This document shows positions 16,901-25,540 of a DNA stretch of 52,156 bases, piece after piece. The notes under the pieces were generated by a model. The model was not told where the DNA came from. It ran no database searches and saw only the letters and a list, made by a program, of their open reading frames with translations. Position 1 is the first letter of the stretch. Every line of letters begins with the position of its first letter. The position numbers were made by a program, and so were the translations under genes. This DNA comes from Bacteroidales bacterium (lineage in GTDB: Bacteria; Bacteroidota; Bacteroidia; Bacteroidales; NBLH01): assembly GCA_021647685.1 (NCBI GenBank), contig JAKIUH010000001.1, forward strand, positions 1 to 52,156, in the 5' to 3' direction.

Positions 16901-17216
16901 TGATGCAGACCGTATGCCAATAGGTATTTATATTCGTGAAAAAGAAAGCTTTACAAAGCATATTGTCCAACTCCAAAAAGGTGATAGTTTTTACATCTTT
17001 TCCGATGGCTTTGTAGATCAATTCGGAGGTCCAAAAGGCTCTAAATTAATGACCAAACGATTTAAAGAGTTACTTCTAAATAATTATGAAAAATCAATGG
17101 ACGAACAAAAGAAAATTTTAGATGATTTTCTTACCCAATGGCAGTCCTACACTAATGAAAAAGGTGAAAAGTACCGACAGATTGATGATATTTTAGTTAT
17201 AGGTGTGCGTGTTTAA
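13953..17216 (+). CDS. Membrane sensor: periplasmic two-component-regulator beta-propeller + Y_Y_Y domain, TM helix, cytoplasmic PP2C/SpoIIE-family Ser/Thr phosphatase
   Basis: Signal peptide present. The Y_Y_Y-like segment is YSYRLLGFNNQWSKWTTEHKFTYTNIHEGDYTFQVRAKN and the TM helix is WAYISYAVSAFLLIWLIV. PP2C motifs: SGDFYW, VAADCTGHGVPGAFMS, DGMDIALC, FSDGFVDQFGG. Confidence 0.75.
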   Translation: MMNKFYLFFTLFLFPLFIKSQINKDGLPLVQIYTTDQYEAHGENWAIVRDNKGIMYFANNYGLLQYNGTNWKLFENPYSPYIRSLEVDDKGRVYYGAANDFGMILPDSIGNLKYFSISKASAVDTLGFNNVWNVNIVGNYIYFQAYENIFKYKLPINIKSPDEIKKNMKIFTPKSYFHWSFKVNNNFYVREADKGLYIDKNDSLVFIKGSELFANQKIYVMLPYKDDALLIVTRETGIYIYEPGNKETPFNLMDWDVNETLINSYIYGGVSIAKNLYAIYTLANGIIIFNDQGDIINHYTQNNCLPHATILSINYDDKEGLLWFTSNKEIGNINLASPIRQWLPSTGLQGIVYDVIRFNNYFYAATNNGIYFYDVNNEGYAAFKKIQGLDIRVRDLEIFHGESSDKLLAAAEGAVFEITGEQAKMIDNSGIVQKLKQSQINPNLVYIGYLNGFAYAEYDTENWTLKEKNPYIKNSIIDIYEDNQSEIYLGSEVGGIIKLKNPLDSIIIIDSARGLPIEGSQFKIFNVNNDLIVAAYKGLFKINKETNYAEPYKKLGTEFTMGNYGIFNISEDNEAIWLGAYSNDLSQSKWQGIIKLKKNDSEKFIKEQNPYNILPPKVPYVLFTEKNYLWVANAKGFFKLNKKKEKNYSLKFYTVISKVTTGANDSLLFAGNYTGDSVFYIQSEQEVPVLAFKHNQMTFEYAAGFYEQEEKTQYSYRLLGFNNQWSKWTTEHKFTYTNIHEGDYTFQVRAKNIYQTESEIANYKFTILPPWYRTPWAYISYAVSAFLLIWLIVKYNTKRLKEEKIRLELLVAERTREIKAQHDKIAELHKNIMDSIFYARRIQEALMPPKEFLHELLPEHFVLFKPRDIVSGDFYWATKHDGKAILVAADCTGHGVPGAFMSMLGISFLNEIVNKIEDLEAHKISNELRANVKKSLRQTGKENEAKDGMDIALCIIDYENMQMEYSGAFNSLYLIRKGELIKYDADRMPIGIYIREKESFTKHIVQLQKGDSFYIFSDGFVDQFGGPKGSKLMTKRFKELLLNNYEKSMDEQKKILDDFLTQWQSYTNEKGEKYRQIDDILVIGVRV

Positions 17217-17281
17217 AATTTAATTGTTTTCTTAAATCATAAAAAAAATTAAATTTTATTTGGACAATTAAAAATTATATC

Positions 17282-17289
17282 TATCTTTG
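17282..17289 (+). promoter_or_regulatory. Candidate -7 box TATCTTTG for the TetR gene
   Basis: TAnnTTTG match 32 nt upstream of ATG 17321. Confidence 0.35.
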
Positions 17290-17320
17290 CACCGAAAATC
17301 AAAATTGGTCGAAAAGTTTA

Positions 17321-17917
17321 ATGTGTGCTAAATATGACATACAAGATGATGTAAGAAAGATGTTGTTATCAGCAGCCAGTGGAATATTTGCACGCTACGG
17401 TTATCAAAAAACAACAGTCGATGATTTAGCTAAATCAGCAGGTAAAGGAAAAAGTACTTTTTACTATTACTACAAAAGTAAAGAAGAAATTTTCAGGGAT
17501 GTAATTGAGAAAGAAGCCCAAATTTTACGTATGAAGCTCATTGAGTCGATTAGCATTAAAGGTGATGCCTTGAAAAAAATGAAAAACTATGTCATCACGC
17601 GCCTGAGTTCTTTTGATAGTTTGGTAAACTTTTACAGTGCACTTAGAGATGAGGCTCTGGAGCATTTTGATTTTATTGAAAATATTCGTTCAAAATACGA
17701 TGCAGAACAAGTAAATATCATTAAAATGATTTTTCTGGAAGGAATCAAAAATAATGTTATTGAGCTGGAAGATATTGATATGGCAGCAGAATCATTGGCT
17801 GTGGTATTAAAAGGCTTGGAGTATCACCTTATTTTTGATAAAAACAGCGAACGAGTAAATGAGCAAAGAATTAATAAAATTATTGATTTAATATTTAAGG
17901 GCTTGGCAAAAAAATAA
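17321..17917 (+). CDS. TetR/AcrR-family transcriptional regulator
   Basis: N-terminal HTH: ..AASGIFARYGYQKTTVDDLAKSAGKGKSTFYYYYKSKEEIF. Size and position upstream of the RND operon fit. Confidence 0.8.
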   Translation: MCAKYDIQDDVRKMLLSAASGIFARYGYQKTTVDDLAKSAGKGKSTFYYYYKSKEEIFRDVIEKEAQILRMKLIESISIKGDALKKMKNYVITRLSSFDSLVNFYSALRDEALEHFDFIENIRSKYDAEQVNIIKMIFLEGIKNNVIELEDIDMAAESLAVVLKGLEYHLIFDKNSERVNEQRINKIIDLIFKGLAKK

Positions 17918-17952
17918 TATTTTTTTATAAATAATTCGACTAAAATACTTAA

Positions 17953-17969
17953 TTAGTCTAATAGACTAA
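17953..17969. promoter_or_regulatory. 17-bp perfect palindrome TTAGTCTA-A-TAGACTAA, candidate TetR operator
   Basis: Lies between the TetR gene and the efflux operon. A half-site-like atagtctaa recurs at about 18098. A second hairpin (gccggcagaatt/aattctgtcggc) lies at about 18024-18047. Confidence 0.4.
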
Positions 17970-18125
17970 ATTCTAATATTTGGTTAATAGTAGTTTCATA
18001 ATTAATAGGTTGTTAAAGTGAGAGCCGGCAGAATTAATTCTGTCGGCTTAATTGAGTGAAAGTATTTTTTTACACTATAATCGACCTAATAACTAAAATA
18101 GTCTAAAAATACAAATTTAATAAAG

Positions 18126-19154
18126 ATGAAAAAAACAGTTTATTATTTAATGAGTGCTTTATTATTGGTTTCATGTTCAAAAAATTCAAAAAATTACGAA
18201 AGTTCATTAAAACCGGAGCAGCTTAAATTGGAAACACAAAAAGTGAAAACGGCTGCTAATAAATTAGTGCTAAAATACAGTGGCACAATAGAAGCATGGA
18301 AAAGCATTCCGGTAAGTTTTCAAACCAATGGAACAGTTGCCCAAATTTATGCTGATGAAGGGCAGTACGTGAAAAAAAATCAATTATTAGCTTCATTAGA
18401 CAAAAGTGATGCACAAAATTCTTATCAAATAGCTAAAGCAAAAGAAGAGCAAGCACAAGACGCTTACAAGCGCCTTAAAACAGTACACGATCAAGGCAGT
18501 TTGCCGGAAATAAAGTGGGTGGAAATACTCACAAATTTAAAACAAGCACAGTCAATGGCACAAATATCCAAATCAAACTTGCAAAAGTGTGAGCTACGTG
18601 CACCGGTAAGCGGATACATTGGAAAACGCAATGTAGAAATAGGTATGTCTGCTTTGCGTGCCAATGTGCCTTTTGAGCTGGTTGAAATACAAAAAGTGTA
18701 TATAAAAATCCCTGTTCCTGAAAATGAAATCGGTATATTAAAGAAAGATATGAATGCTCAAATTACCGTTAGTGCTTTAAACAACAAAGAATTTACAGGG
18801 ACTATTAAACAAATAGGAATTGTAGCAAATACATTTTCTCGTACTTATGATGTTAAAATATTAGTAAACAATCCGGATTTATTATTGAAACCGGGTATGG
18901 TATGTGATGTCAAAATTGATGCAGGCAAACAAAAACAAAAGATTTTAATAGCTACAAAATCAGTAAGTGTGGACGACAAAGGAAAAACTTTTGTTTACCT
19001 TATCAAAGATAACAATACTATAGTAAAACAACCGGTTAAAACCGGTGCTTACGCAAATAACAAAGTGGAAATATTGGAAGGTTTAAAACAAGGAGATTTA
19101 ATTGTGGTTTCAGGACAACAAAAAATCAATTCTTACACAATAAAAAAACTATAA
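18126..19154 (+). CDS. RND efflux periplasmic adaptor (membrane fusion protein), lipoprotein
   Basis: Lipobox LLVSCS. HlyD_D23-type layout, including ..LRAPVSGYIGKRNVEIG.. and a C-terminal beta-barrel region. Confidence 0.85.
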   Translation: MKKTVYYLMSALLLVSCSKNSKNYESSLKPEQLKLETQKVKTAANKLVLKYSGTIEAWKSIPVSFQTNGTVAQIYADEGQYVKKNQLLASLDKSDAQNSYQIAKAKEEQAQDAYKRLKTVHDQGSLPEIKWVEILTNLKQAQSMAQISKSNLQKCELRAPVSGYIGKRNVEIGMSALRANVPFELVEIQKVYIKIPVPENEIGILKKDMNAQITVSALNNKEFTGTIKQIGIVANTFSRTYDVKILVNNPDLLLKPGMVCDVKIDAGKQKQKILIATKSVSVDDKGKTFVYLIKDNNTIVKQPVKTGAYANNKVEILEGLKQGDLIVVSGQQKINSYTIKKL

Positions 19155-19236
19155 GCTATAATATTAATGCATTGATTATCTGTTAATTATATTTTTCAGA
19201 CAGCAATAGGTGTGTCTAAAATTTAAATCTGATAAA

Positions 19237-22200
19237 ATGGAAAAAAGAAAAATAAATATATATGAGTCGGTAATGAAGCATCCGCAAATAGCCTTTTTGC
19301 TGACAAGTATTTTACTGATTTTTGGTGTGTATGCACTTATTAAGATGCCGCGACAAGAATTTCCTGAATTTACCATTCGTCAAGGACTGGTTATCGGAAT
19401 TTATCCCGGTGCAAGTGCGGCGGAAGTAGAAGACCAATTGACCCGTAAAGTTGAAAATTTTATTTTTGGATACGAAGAGGTAAATAAAGCCAAAACCTAT
19501 TCGATATCAAAAGAAGGGGTAATGATTATGTTCGTTGAACTGAACGATAAAATTAAAGACTCGGATAAGTTTTGGTCAAAATTAAAACACGGATTAAACG
19601 AGTTAAAACCAACACTTCCGGCTGGTGTATTAATGCTTAAAGGCGATAATGACTTTGGAAACACTTCGGCAGTATTGATTTCTTTATCGGCAAAAGACAA
19701 AACATATAAAGACCTGAAAAATGCTTTAGACGATTTGGAAGCCGATATTCGTAAAATCGAATCGGTTTCTAAAATTAAGCATTACGGCATTCAGCATGAA
19801 GAATATGCAGTACACGTACAACAAGAAAAATTAAACCAATACAATATCAAGTCTTTAAGTTTGTTTACCGCTTTCCGCTCTGACGGAATGGTTAATTATG
19901 CCGGCGATTTGGATAATGGCGAACTGATTTTGCCGGTACATCTGCCTCCGCGCTTTGAAAATATCGATGATTTAAAACAACAAATTATCTATGCCGATCC
20001 GCACGGTGATATTATCCGTTTAAAAGATGTAGCTCAAATTGAACGTAAGTATAAAGATTTTGACCGCTATATAAAATACAACAGAGATAAAGCAGTGGTT
20101 TTATCTTTAGAAATGCAAAACGGTAATAATATCGTGGATTTTGGAAAAGAAGTAGATAAAGTATTGGATAAATTTTCAGCAAAACATCCTGATATTACCA
20201 TAAGCAAAATTTCAAATGCTCCACAAGTAGTGGACAAAGCAATCAGTCATTTTTTGCAAGAATTTGCCATTGCCATTATAGCGGTAATTATAGTGATTAT
20301 GCTACTTTTACCTTTTAGAGTTGCCGGTGTAGCTGCTGTAACTATTCCTATTTCCGTGTTAATGACCTTATCGGGATTATATCTTTGGGGAGTTGAGCTG
20401 CATACTGTTTCCTTAGCTGCATTGATTGTAACATTGGGGATGATTGTTGATAATTCCATAGTGATTATTGACAATCATATTGAAAAACTCGATGAAGGAG
20501 AAACAGCTTGGAATGCTGCTTGGAAAAGTGTTTCAGAATTGTTTTTACCTGTTTTTGTAGCCACTTTGGCAATTTTTTCCGCTTATTTTCCCACAGCACT
20601 CTATATGCACGGCACCGTAGGTGACTTTACCGAAACATTTCCTGTTGCAATAGGAATGGCATTGTTTGCTTCCTTGCTGGTTGCAGGTTTTTTGGTTCCC
20701 GTCATCTCCTATACTTTTATTAAAAAAGGTTTAAAAACAAAAAAATCAAAAGAAACTAAATTTAATTTGTTAGATGTATTGCAAAATTTCTTTAATAAAA
20801 GTTTAGATAAAGCTTTTCACAAACAAAGCTTAACAATATGGGTGGGTATTTTATCAATTGTTTTAGGCATTTATTTCTTTACACAAGTAAAACAACAGCT
20901 TTTCCCAAAAGTAGAACGCAATCAGTTTGCCGTAGAAATATATTTACCCGAAGGATATACCTTAGACAATACGGCATCGGTGATGGATTCTTTGGAAACG
21001 GCTCTTTTGCAAGATAAGCGTGTAGTGAATGTAACAAGTTTTGTAGGAACAAGTTCTCCGCGTTTTCATACGGTTTATGCCCCTAATATTCCGGCAAAAA
21101 ACTACGGACAAATGATTGTAAATACCATTTCGGACGAAGCAACTATTGAAGTTTTAGATGAATTTAACAGGCGATACAAAGATGCTTTCCCCGAGGCACA
21201 TATAAAATGGAAACAATTAGATATGCAATCTACACCGCCCATTGAAATACGCATCTCAGGCGATGATATTGAAAAACTAAAAACCGTTGCTTATCAGGTA
21301 GAAGATATCTTAGAAAATACCGAAGGTACCGAATGGGTACGAAACGATTGGAAAGAAAAACGTCAAACAATTTCTGTAAAAATGGATAAAGATAAAGCCA
21401 ACCGCTTGGGTTTTAACAAAAGTATTGTCTCTACAAGTTTGGCTATTTATCTGAAAGGATTGCCCTTAACCACCGTTTGGGAAGGCGATTACCCGGTAGA
21501 TGTAGTACTTACCGGCGAAAAAGATGAAAAAAACAGCATCGAGGATTTAAAAAATATGTATATTACCTCTCCCGCCACATTTTCAGCAATCCCTTTACGC
21601 GCCATAGCGCAATTATATCCCGAGTGGCAAGAAGGGCAGATTGTTCGCCGTAACGGAGTACGTACCGTAAGTGTAATTGCCGATGTGGGAAGAACAGTAA
21701 TTGCAAACGATGTATTAAACAAAGCAAGACCCTTAATTAATAAAATTAATTTACCTAAAGGTGTAAGCCTTACTTATGGTGGCGAATATGAACACTCCAT
21801 TGAAAATTATATCCCTATGGGATATGCCCTCTTGACAAGTATTGTATTGATATTTTTAATTTTAGTATTTCAATTTAAAGAAATAAAGAAAGCAATTTTA
21901 ATAATGCTTACCATGCCTTTGAGCTTGTTAGGTGCATCTTTGGGTCTTTACCTTACAGGATATCCTTTTGGAATAACTGCTTTTCTTGGAGTAATAAGTT
22001 TAGCAGGTATTGTGGTGCGTAACGGTATTATTTTAATCGATTACGCCATCCAATTATCAGAAAAAGAAGGCTTATCGGTAAGCGAAGCTGCAAAAGCAGC
22101 AGGAAAAAGGCGTATGCGTCCTATTTTTTTAACATCGGCTGCTGCTGCCGTGGGAGTCATTCCTATGATTATCAGTGGTTCGCCACTTTGGGGTCCTTTG

Positions 22201-22287
22201 GGTACGGTTATTTGCTTTGGTTTAATAATTTCAATGGTGCTTACGCTTTACGTATTGCCTGTTTTGTATGCAAAAATGTTTGATTAA
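19237..22287 (+). CDS. RND efflux permease (AcrB/AcrD/AcrF family)
   Basis: About 1016 aa from ATG 19237 (the tracked GTG 19210 is less likely). It has a 12-TM architecture and conserved ..GMIVDNSIVIIDN.. and ..GIVVRNGILLIDY.. motifs. Confidence 0.9.
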   Translation: MEKRKINIYESVMKHPQIAFLLTSILLIFGVYALIKMPRQEFPEFTIRQGLVIGIYPGASAAEVEDQLTRKVENFIFGYEEVNKAKTYSISKEGVMIMFVELNDKIKDSDKFWSKLKHGLNELKPTLPAGVLMLKGDNDFGNTSAVLISLSAKDKTYKDLKNALDDLEADIRKIESVSKIKHYGIQHEEYAVHVQQEKLNQYNIKSLSLFTAFRSDGMVNYAGDLDNGELILPVHLPPRFENIDDLKQQIIYADPHGDIIRLKDVAQIERKYKDFDRYIKYNRDKAVVLSLEMQNGNNIVDFGKEVDKVLDKFSAKHPDITISKISNAPQVVDKAISHFLQEFAIAIIAVIIVIMLLLPFRVAGVAAVTIPISVLMTLSGLYLWGVELHTVSLAALIVTLGMIVDNSIVIIDNHIEKLDEGETAWNAAWKSVSELFLPVFVATLAIFSAYFPTALYMHGTVGDFTETFPVAIGMALFASLLVAGFLVPVISYTFIKKGLKTKKSKETKFNLLDVLQNFFNKSLDKAFHKQSLTIWVGILSIVLGIYFFTQVKQQLFPKVERNQFAVEIYLPEGYTLDNTASVMDSLETALLQDKRVVNVTSFVGTSSPRFHTVYAPNIPAKNYGQMIVNTISDEATIEVLDEFNRRYKDAFPEAHIKWKQLDMQSTPPIEIRISGDDIEKLKTVAYQVEDILENTEGTEWVRNDWKEKRQTISVKMDKDKANRLGFNKSIVSTSLAIYLKGLPLTTVWEGDYPVDVVLTGEKDEKNSIEDLKNMYITSPATFSAIPLRAIAQLYPEWQEGQIVRRNGVRTVSVIADVGRTVIANDVLNKARPLINKINLPKGVSLTYGGEYEHSIENYIPMGYALLTSIVLIFLILVFQFKEIKKAILIMLTMPLSLLGASLGLYLTGYPFGITAFLGVISLAGIVVRNGIILIDYAIQLSEKEGLSVSEAAKAAGKRRMRPIFLTSAAAAVGVIPMIISGSPLWGPLGTVICFGLIISMVLTLYVLPVLYAKMFD

Positions 22288-22339
22288 AAATTGATGACCG
22301 CTTAACAAAAATCAAAAAACATTGTAAAAAATTCAGAAA

Positions 22340-23683
22340 ATGAAAAAAATATCAATTATAATAATCTTATTTTTAATGCCTTATATGCTTTTTGCACAAG
22401 AATTAAGTCTTGATTCGTGCAGGAGTTTAACTTTACAAAATAATAAACAATTACTTCATGCGAAATTAGAAGTAAAGGCAGCCGAACAAGTAAAAAAAGA
22501 GGCATTTACCAATTATTTTCCAAAAATAAGTGCACAAGGCTTTGCTATGCGGGCAAGTGATTACATGATTAAAGAGGAAATTCCTGAAGCCAATTTGCCG
22601 GTATATGACGGTAATCCTTTAAACTTATTACAACCAACACAGTTTGCTTATTTTCCGGGCATGCAGATTGAAACTTTTGATTATACAAATATAGCTGCCC
22701 TTACCGCTATACAACCCATTTTTACAGGGGGCAGAATAATCAACGGAAATAAACTGGCAAAAATTGGTATGGAAGTCAGTGAAGAACAACTGGAAATAAA
22801 AAAAGAAGAGTTAATATTAAAAACCGAAAATTACTATTGGCAAATTGTTATGCTGCAAGAAAAACAACAAACTTTAAACGCTTATTTACAAATGCTGCAA
22901 AGTTTATATAAAGATGTTTCAGTAGCATATCAATCAGGTTTAGTACAAAAAAGCGATTTACTGAAAGTTCAATTAAAACTAAATGACGTTGAAGTGAAAA
23001 AATATCGCTTAGAAAACGGTATTGAAATCTTAAAAATGGCATTTTGTCAACATATGGGTATTGAATACTCCGGTAATTTTCAATTAAGCGACAGTCTCAC
23101 ACTGATTGAAACTCCCGAAACGGTATATGTAAATCATCAACAAGCCTTATATAATCGAAAAGAATACGATATGCTGCAAAAATCATTGAAAGCAGAAAAG
23201 TTGAAAAAACGAATGATCCTCGGTGAAAACTTACCGCAAATATCCCTTGGCGTTCAAGGCTTGTATTTGGATGCATTTGATAAACAAAACTCATATGGAA
23301 TTGCTTTTGCTACGGTATCTATACCTATTTCCGGATGGTGGGGTGCAGCACATAAACTTTCAGAACACAAAATTAAAGAAGAAATAGCTCAAACTGAATT
23401 ACAAGAAAAATCAGAATTGATGCTTTTACAAATGGAAAAAGCTTATAAAGATTTAAATGAAAGCTACCGGCAAATAAAAATTGCCGAAATATCTGTTAAA
23501 CAAGCCAAAGAACATTTAAAAATTGTTTCGGACAATTATAAAGCCGGTGTGGTAAATACCTCCGATATGCTGGAAGCACAAGCGGCTTTACTCGAAGAAG
23601 AAAATAAATTATCCGAAGCAAAAAGCAATTATAAAATGAAAGTTTTAAACTACAAAAGAGTAGTAGCAGTTGATTTACAATAA
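22340..23683 (+). CDS. TolC-family outer membrane efflux protein
   Basis: Signal peptide and two repeated OEP-like halves. Last gene of the MFP-RND-OMP operon. Confidence 0.85.
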   Translation: MKKISIIIILFLMPYMLFAQELSLDSCRSLTLQNNKQLLHAKLEVKAAEQVKKEAFTNYFPKISAQGFAMRASDYMIKEEIPEANLPVYDGNPLNLLQPTQFAYFPGMQIETFDYTNIAALTAIQPIFTGGRIINGNKLAKIGMEVSEEQLEIKKEELILKTENYYWQIVMLQEKQQTLNAYLQMLQSLYKDVSVAYQSGLVQKSDLLKVQLKLNDVEVKKYRLENGIEILKMAFCQHMGIEYSGNFQLSDSLTLIETPETVYVNHQQALYNRKEYDMLQKSLKAEKLKKRMILGENLPQISLGVQGLYLDAFDKQNSYGIAFATVSIPISGWWGAAHKLSEHKIKEEIAQTELQEKSELMLLQMEKAYKDLNESYRQIKIAEISVKQAKEHLKIVSDNYKAGVVNTSDMLEAQAALLEEENKLSEAKSNYKMKVLNYKRVVAVDLQ

Positions 23684-23726
23684 TTTATAAAGTTTATTGA
23701 TTTTTTTTAATATACTGAATATCAAG

Positions 23727-23794
23727 TCAATCAATAGCCCCGACTTTTAAGTCGGGGAGAATGTATTTATGCTGATTTAGTGGGCTTTAGCCCT
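23727..23794 (+). repeat. Two-hairpin ~68-nt intergenic element, copy 1
   Basis: aatcaatagCCCCGACTTttAAGTCGGGG...tGGGCTttAGCCC. Homologous to the reverse complement of 45366-45433. Located 44 nt after the tolC-like stop, in the same orientation as the gene. Confidence 0.6.
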
Positions 23795-23861
23795 CAACAG
23801 CTTTCTAACAATAAAAAAGTATCAAATGATTATTAAATATAACAATTAAAAATTTTAAAAA

Positions 23862-24470
23862 ATGAAAACAATGAAAATGAGAACAATTAGTTTATTAGTA
23901 GCTTTAATGCTAACAGTAGGTGCTATGGCACAAGAGTTTCACTATGGTGTAAATGCAGGTACAAACCTTGCCGTACAATCAGAATTAACTGATTATTACA
24001 ATAATGACCAAATCAGAGCCGGATTACACGCAGGCTTAACCGGCAGATTGGAATGGCAAAACGGATTTGAACTGCAAACAGAACTGAACTATGAACAAAA
24101 AGGGAGCAAAAGTGATACTTATACTGCTAAGTATGACTATATTAGCTTACCTGTTTTAGCAAAATACTCATTGGGTAAGAGTGATCACACAGCTTTGCGC
24201 TTTAATATCAATGCAGGACCCTTTGTTTCGTATTTAGTTAATTCAGAAATTGAGATGAATGATGAAATTGGCGGTAATTCAATTGATATGAAAGACCGAA
24301 GCAAAGATTTTGAAATGGGCGGTATTTTAGGTTTTGGTATGGCTTATCCTTTAAGTTCAGGAAACTTAACTTTCGATGTACGTTTAGGTTTGGGGTTTAC
24401 TGCCTATGACGATGCCGATAATAACCCAAAAAACAAATACGTGGGTTTTAGCATTGGGTATGAGTTTTAG
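23862..24470 (+). CDS. Small outer-membrane beta-barrel protein (porin-family / OMP_b-brl_2-like)
   Basis: Signal peptide, alternating beta-strand pattern, and a terminal ..GFSIGYEF aromatic residue. Confidence 0.65.
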   Translation: MKTMKMRTISLLVALMLTVGAMAQEFHYGVNAGTNLAVQSELTDYYNNDQIRAGLHAGLTGRLEWQNGFELQTELNYEQKGSKSDTYTAKYDYISLPVLAKYSLGKSDHTALRFNINAGPFVSYLVNSEIEMNDEIGGNSIDMKDRSKDFEMGGILGFGMAYPLSSGNLTFDVRLGLGFTAYDDADNNPKNKYVGFSIGYEF

Positions 24471-24486
24471 TTAAAAACTAAAATAA

Positions 24487-24580
24487 TTAGTGCATATCTA
24501 TAAAGTACCTGATTTTTGAAAATTTAAAATTCATCAAAAAGATAAATTTTCAACTCAATGACTTTATGGACAGGCACTAA
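24487..24580. repeat. 94-bp element bounded by 20-nt imperfect inverted repeats (TTAGTGC.T.TC.ATAAAGT)
   Basis: Arm 1 is ttagtgcatatctataaagt (24487-24506). The reverse complement of arm 2 (24561-24580) is ttagtgcctgtccataaagt, matching 17/20. A third copy of the motif, tagtgtctgtccataaagt, lies at 13587-13605. Confidence 0.5.
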
Positions 24581-24590
24581 TTAATTCGGT

Positions 24591-24625
24591 AAGGATTTCA
24601 CATTATGTGAAATCCTTATTTCTTT
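24591..24625 (+). terminator. Rho-independent terminator
   Basis: Perfect 12-bp stem aaggatttcaca / tgtgaaatcctt, 3-nt loop, T-rich tail. Confidence 0.7.
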
Positions 24626-24687
24626 GAAAAAAGTAAGTATATTTGTTCTAAGAAATCAAATTAACATATAGACTAAACTCGAAAACT

Positions 24688-25455
24688 ATGAAAAAAACCT
24701 ACCTTTTCCTAAGCTTAATACTATTATTAGGCATTTACAATACCACACAAGCCCAAACCAATGTATATACAACCTCCGGAGGTGAATTTATTTTTTCTTG
24801 GGGACAATTGGAATATACACAAAAATTTATGAATGATTATCCCGATGCACAAATTATTGATAATCCGGTACGTTTCACCGTATTTTTCCATTTTCAACAA
24901 TTAATCCATATGGACTTAACGGATAATATAGGTATTTTTAGTGGAATAGGAATGCGAAATATTGGTTTAATTTCTGACGAACGTCTTCCTGAAAACTACA
25001 ATACACTAAATCCCGGATATTTCAATGCAAAAATTATTCGCAGAACTTATACATTAGGCTTACCCCTTGCTTTAAAATTAGGTTCGTTTAAAAACAATTT
25101 TTATTTATACGGTGGGGCTGAAATAGAATGGGCTTTTCATTCAAAAGAAAAATGGTGGCCCAATCTTGACCATAGCGGAGCTAAAGTTAAAACAAGATAC
25201 TGGTGGCCCGATAACATAAATACCTGGATGCCCTCTTATTTTGTAGGAATACAATTTCCCGAAGGGACAAATGTTAAATTCAGATATTATAGTGATGATT
25301 TCTTCAACCATTCGTTTGGATTTACCAATGCAACCAACCGTAATGATGTAGTTTCTGATTTAACAAAGTATGCAAAAAGTAAAATGGTATATCTCTCACT
25401 ATCTTATCAAATTAATACAATGAAAGCTCTTCACGGAGAATTTGAGGATTATTAA
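24688..25455 (+). CDS. Hypothetical secreted / outer-membrane protein
   Basis: Signal peptide ..NTTQAQ. Composition is rich in beta-strands and aromatic residues. I recognise no family. Confidence 0.5.
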   Translation: MKKTYLFLSLILLLGIYNTTQAQTNVYTTSGGEFIFSWGQLEYTQKFMNDYPDAQIIDNPVRFTVFFHFQQLIHMDLTDNIGIFSGIGMRNIGLISDERLPENYNTLNPGYFNAKIIRRTYTLGLPLALKLGSFKNNFYLYGGAEIEWAFHSKEKWWPNLDHSGAKVKTRYWWPDNINTWMPSYFVGIQFPEGTNVKFRYYSDDFFNHSFGFTNATNRNDVVSDLTKYAKSKMVYLSLSYQINTMKALHGEFEDY

Positions 25456-25475
25456 TAGGCAAAAAAACGCACAAA

Positions 25476-25510
25476 AAGGGTTTTACTTTGGGTAAAGCCC
25501 TTTTTTGTTT
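25476..25510 (+). terminator. Rho-independent terminator
   Basis: 11-bp stem aagggttttac / gtaaagccctt (one G-U pair), followed by a T-run. Confidence 0.6.
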
Positions 25511-25540
25511 AATTTTGAACTTTTATTCAAGATACAGTTT

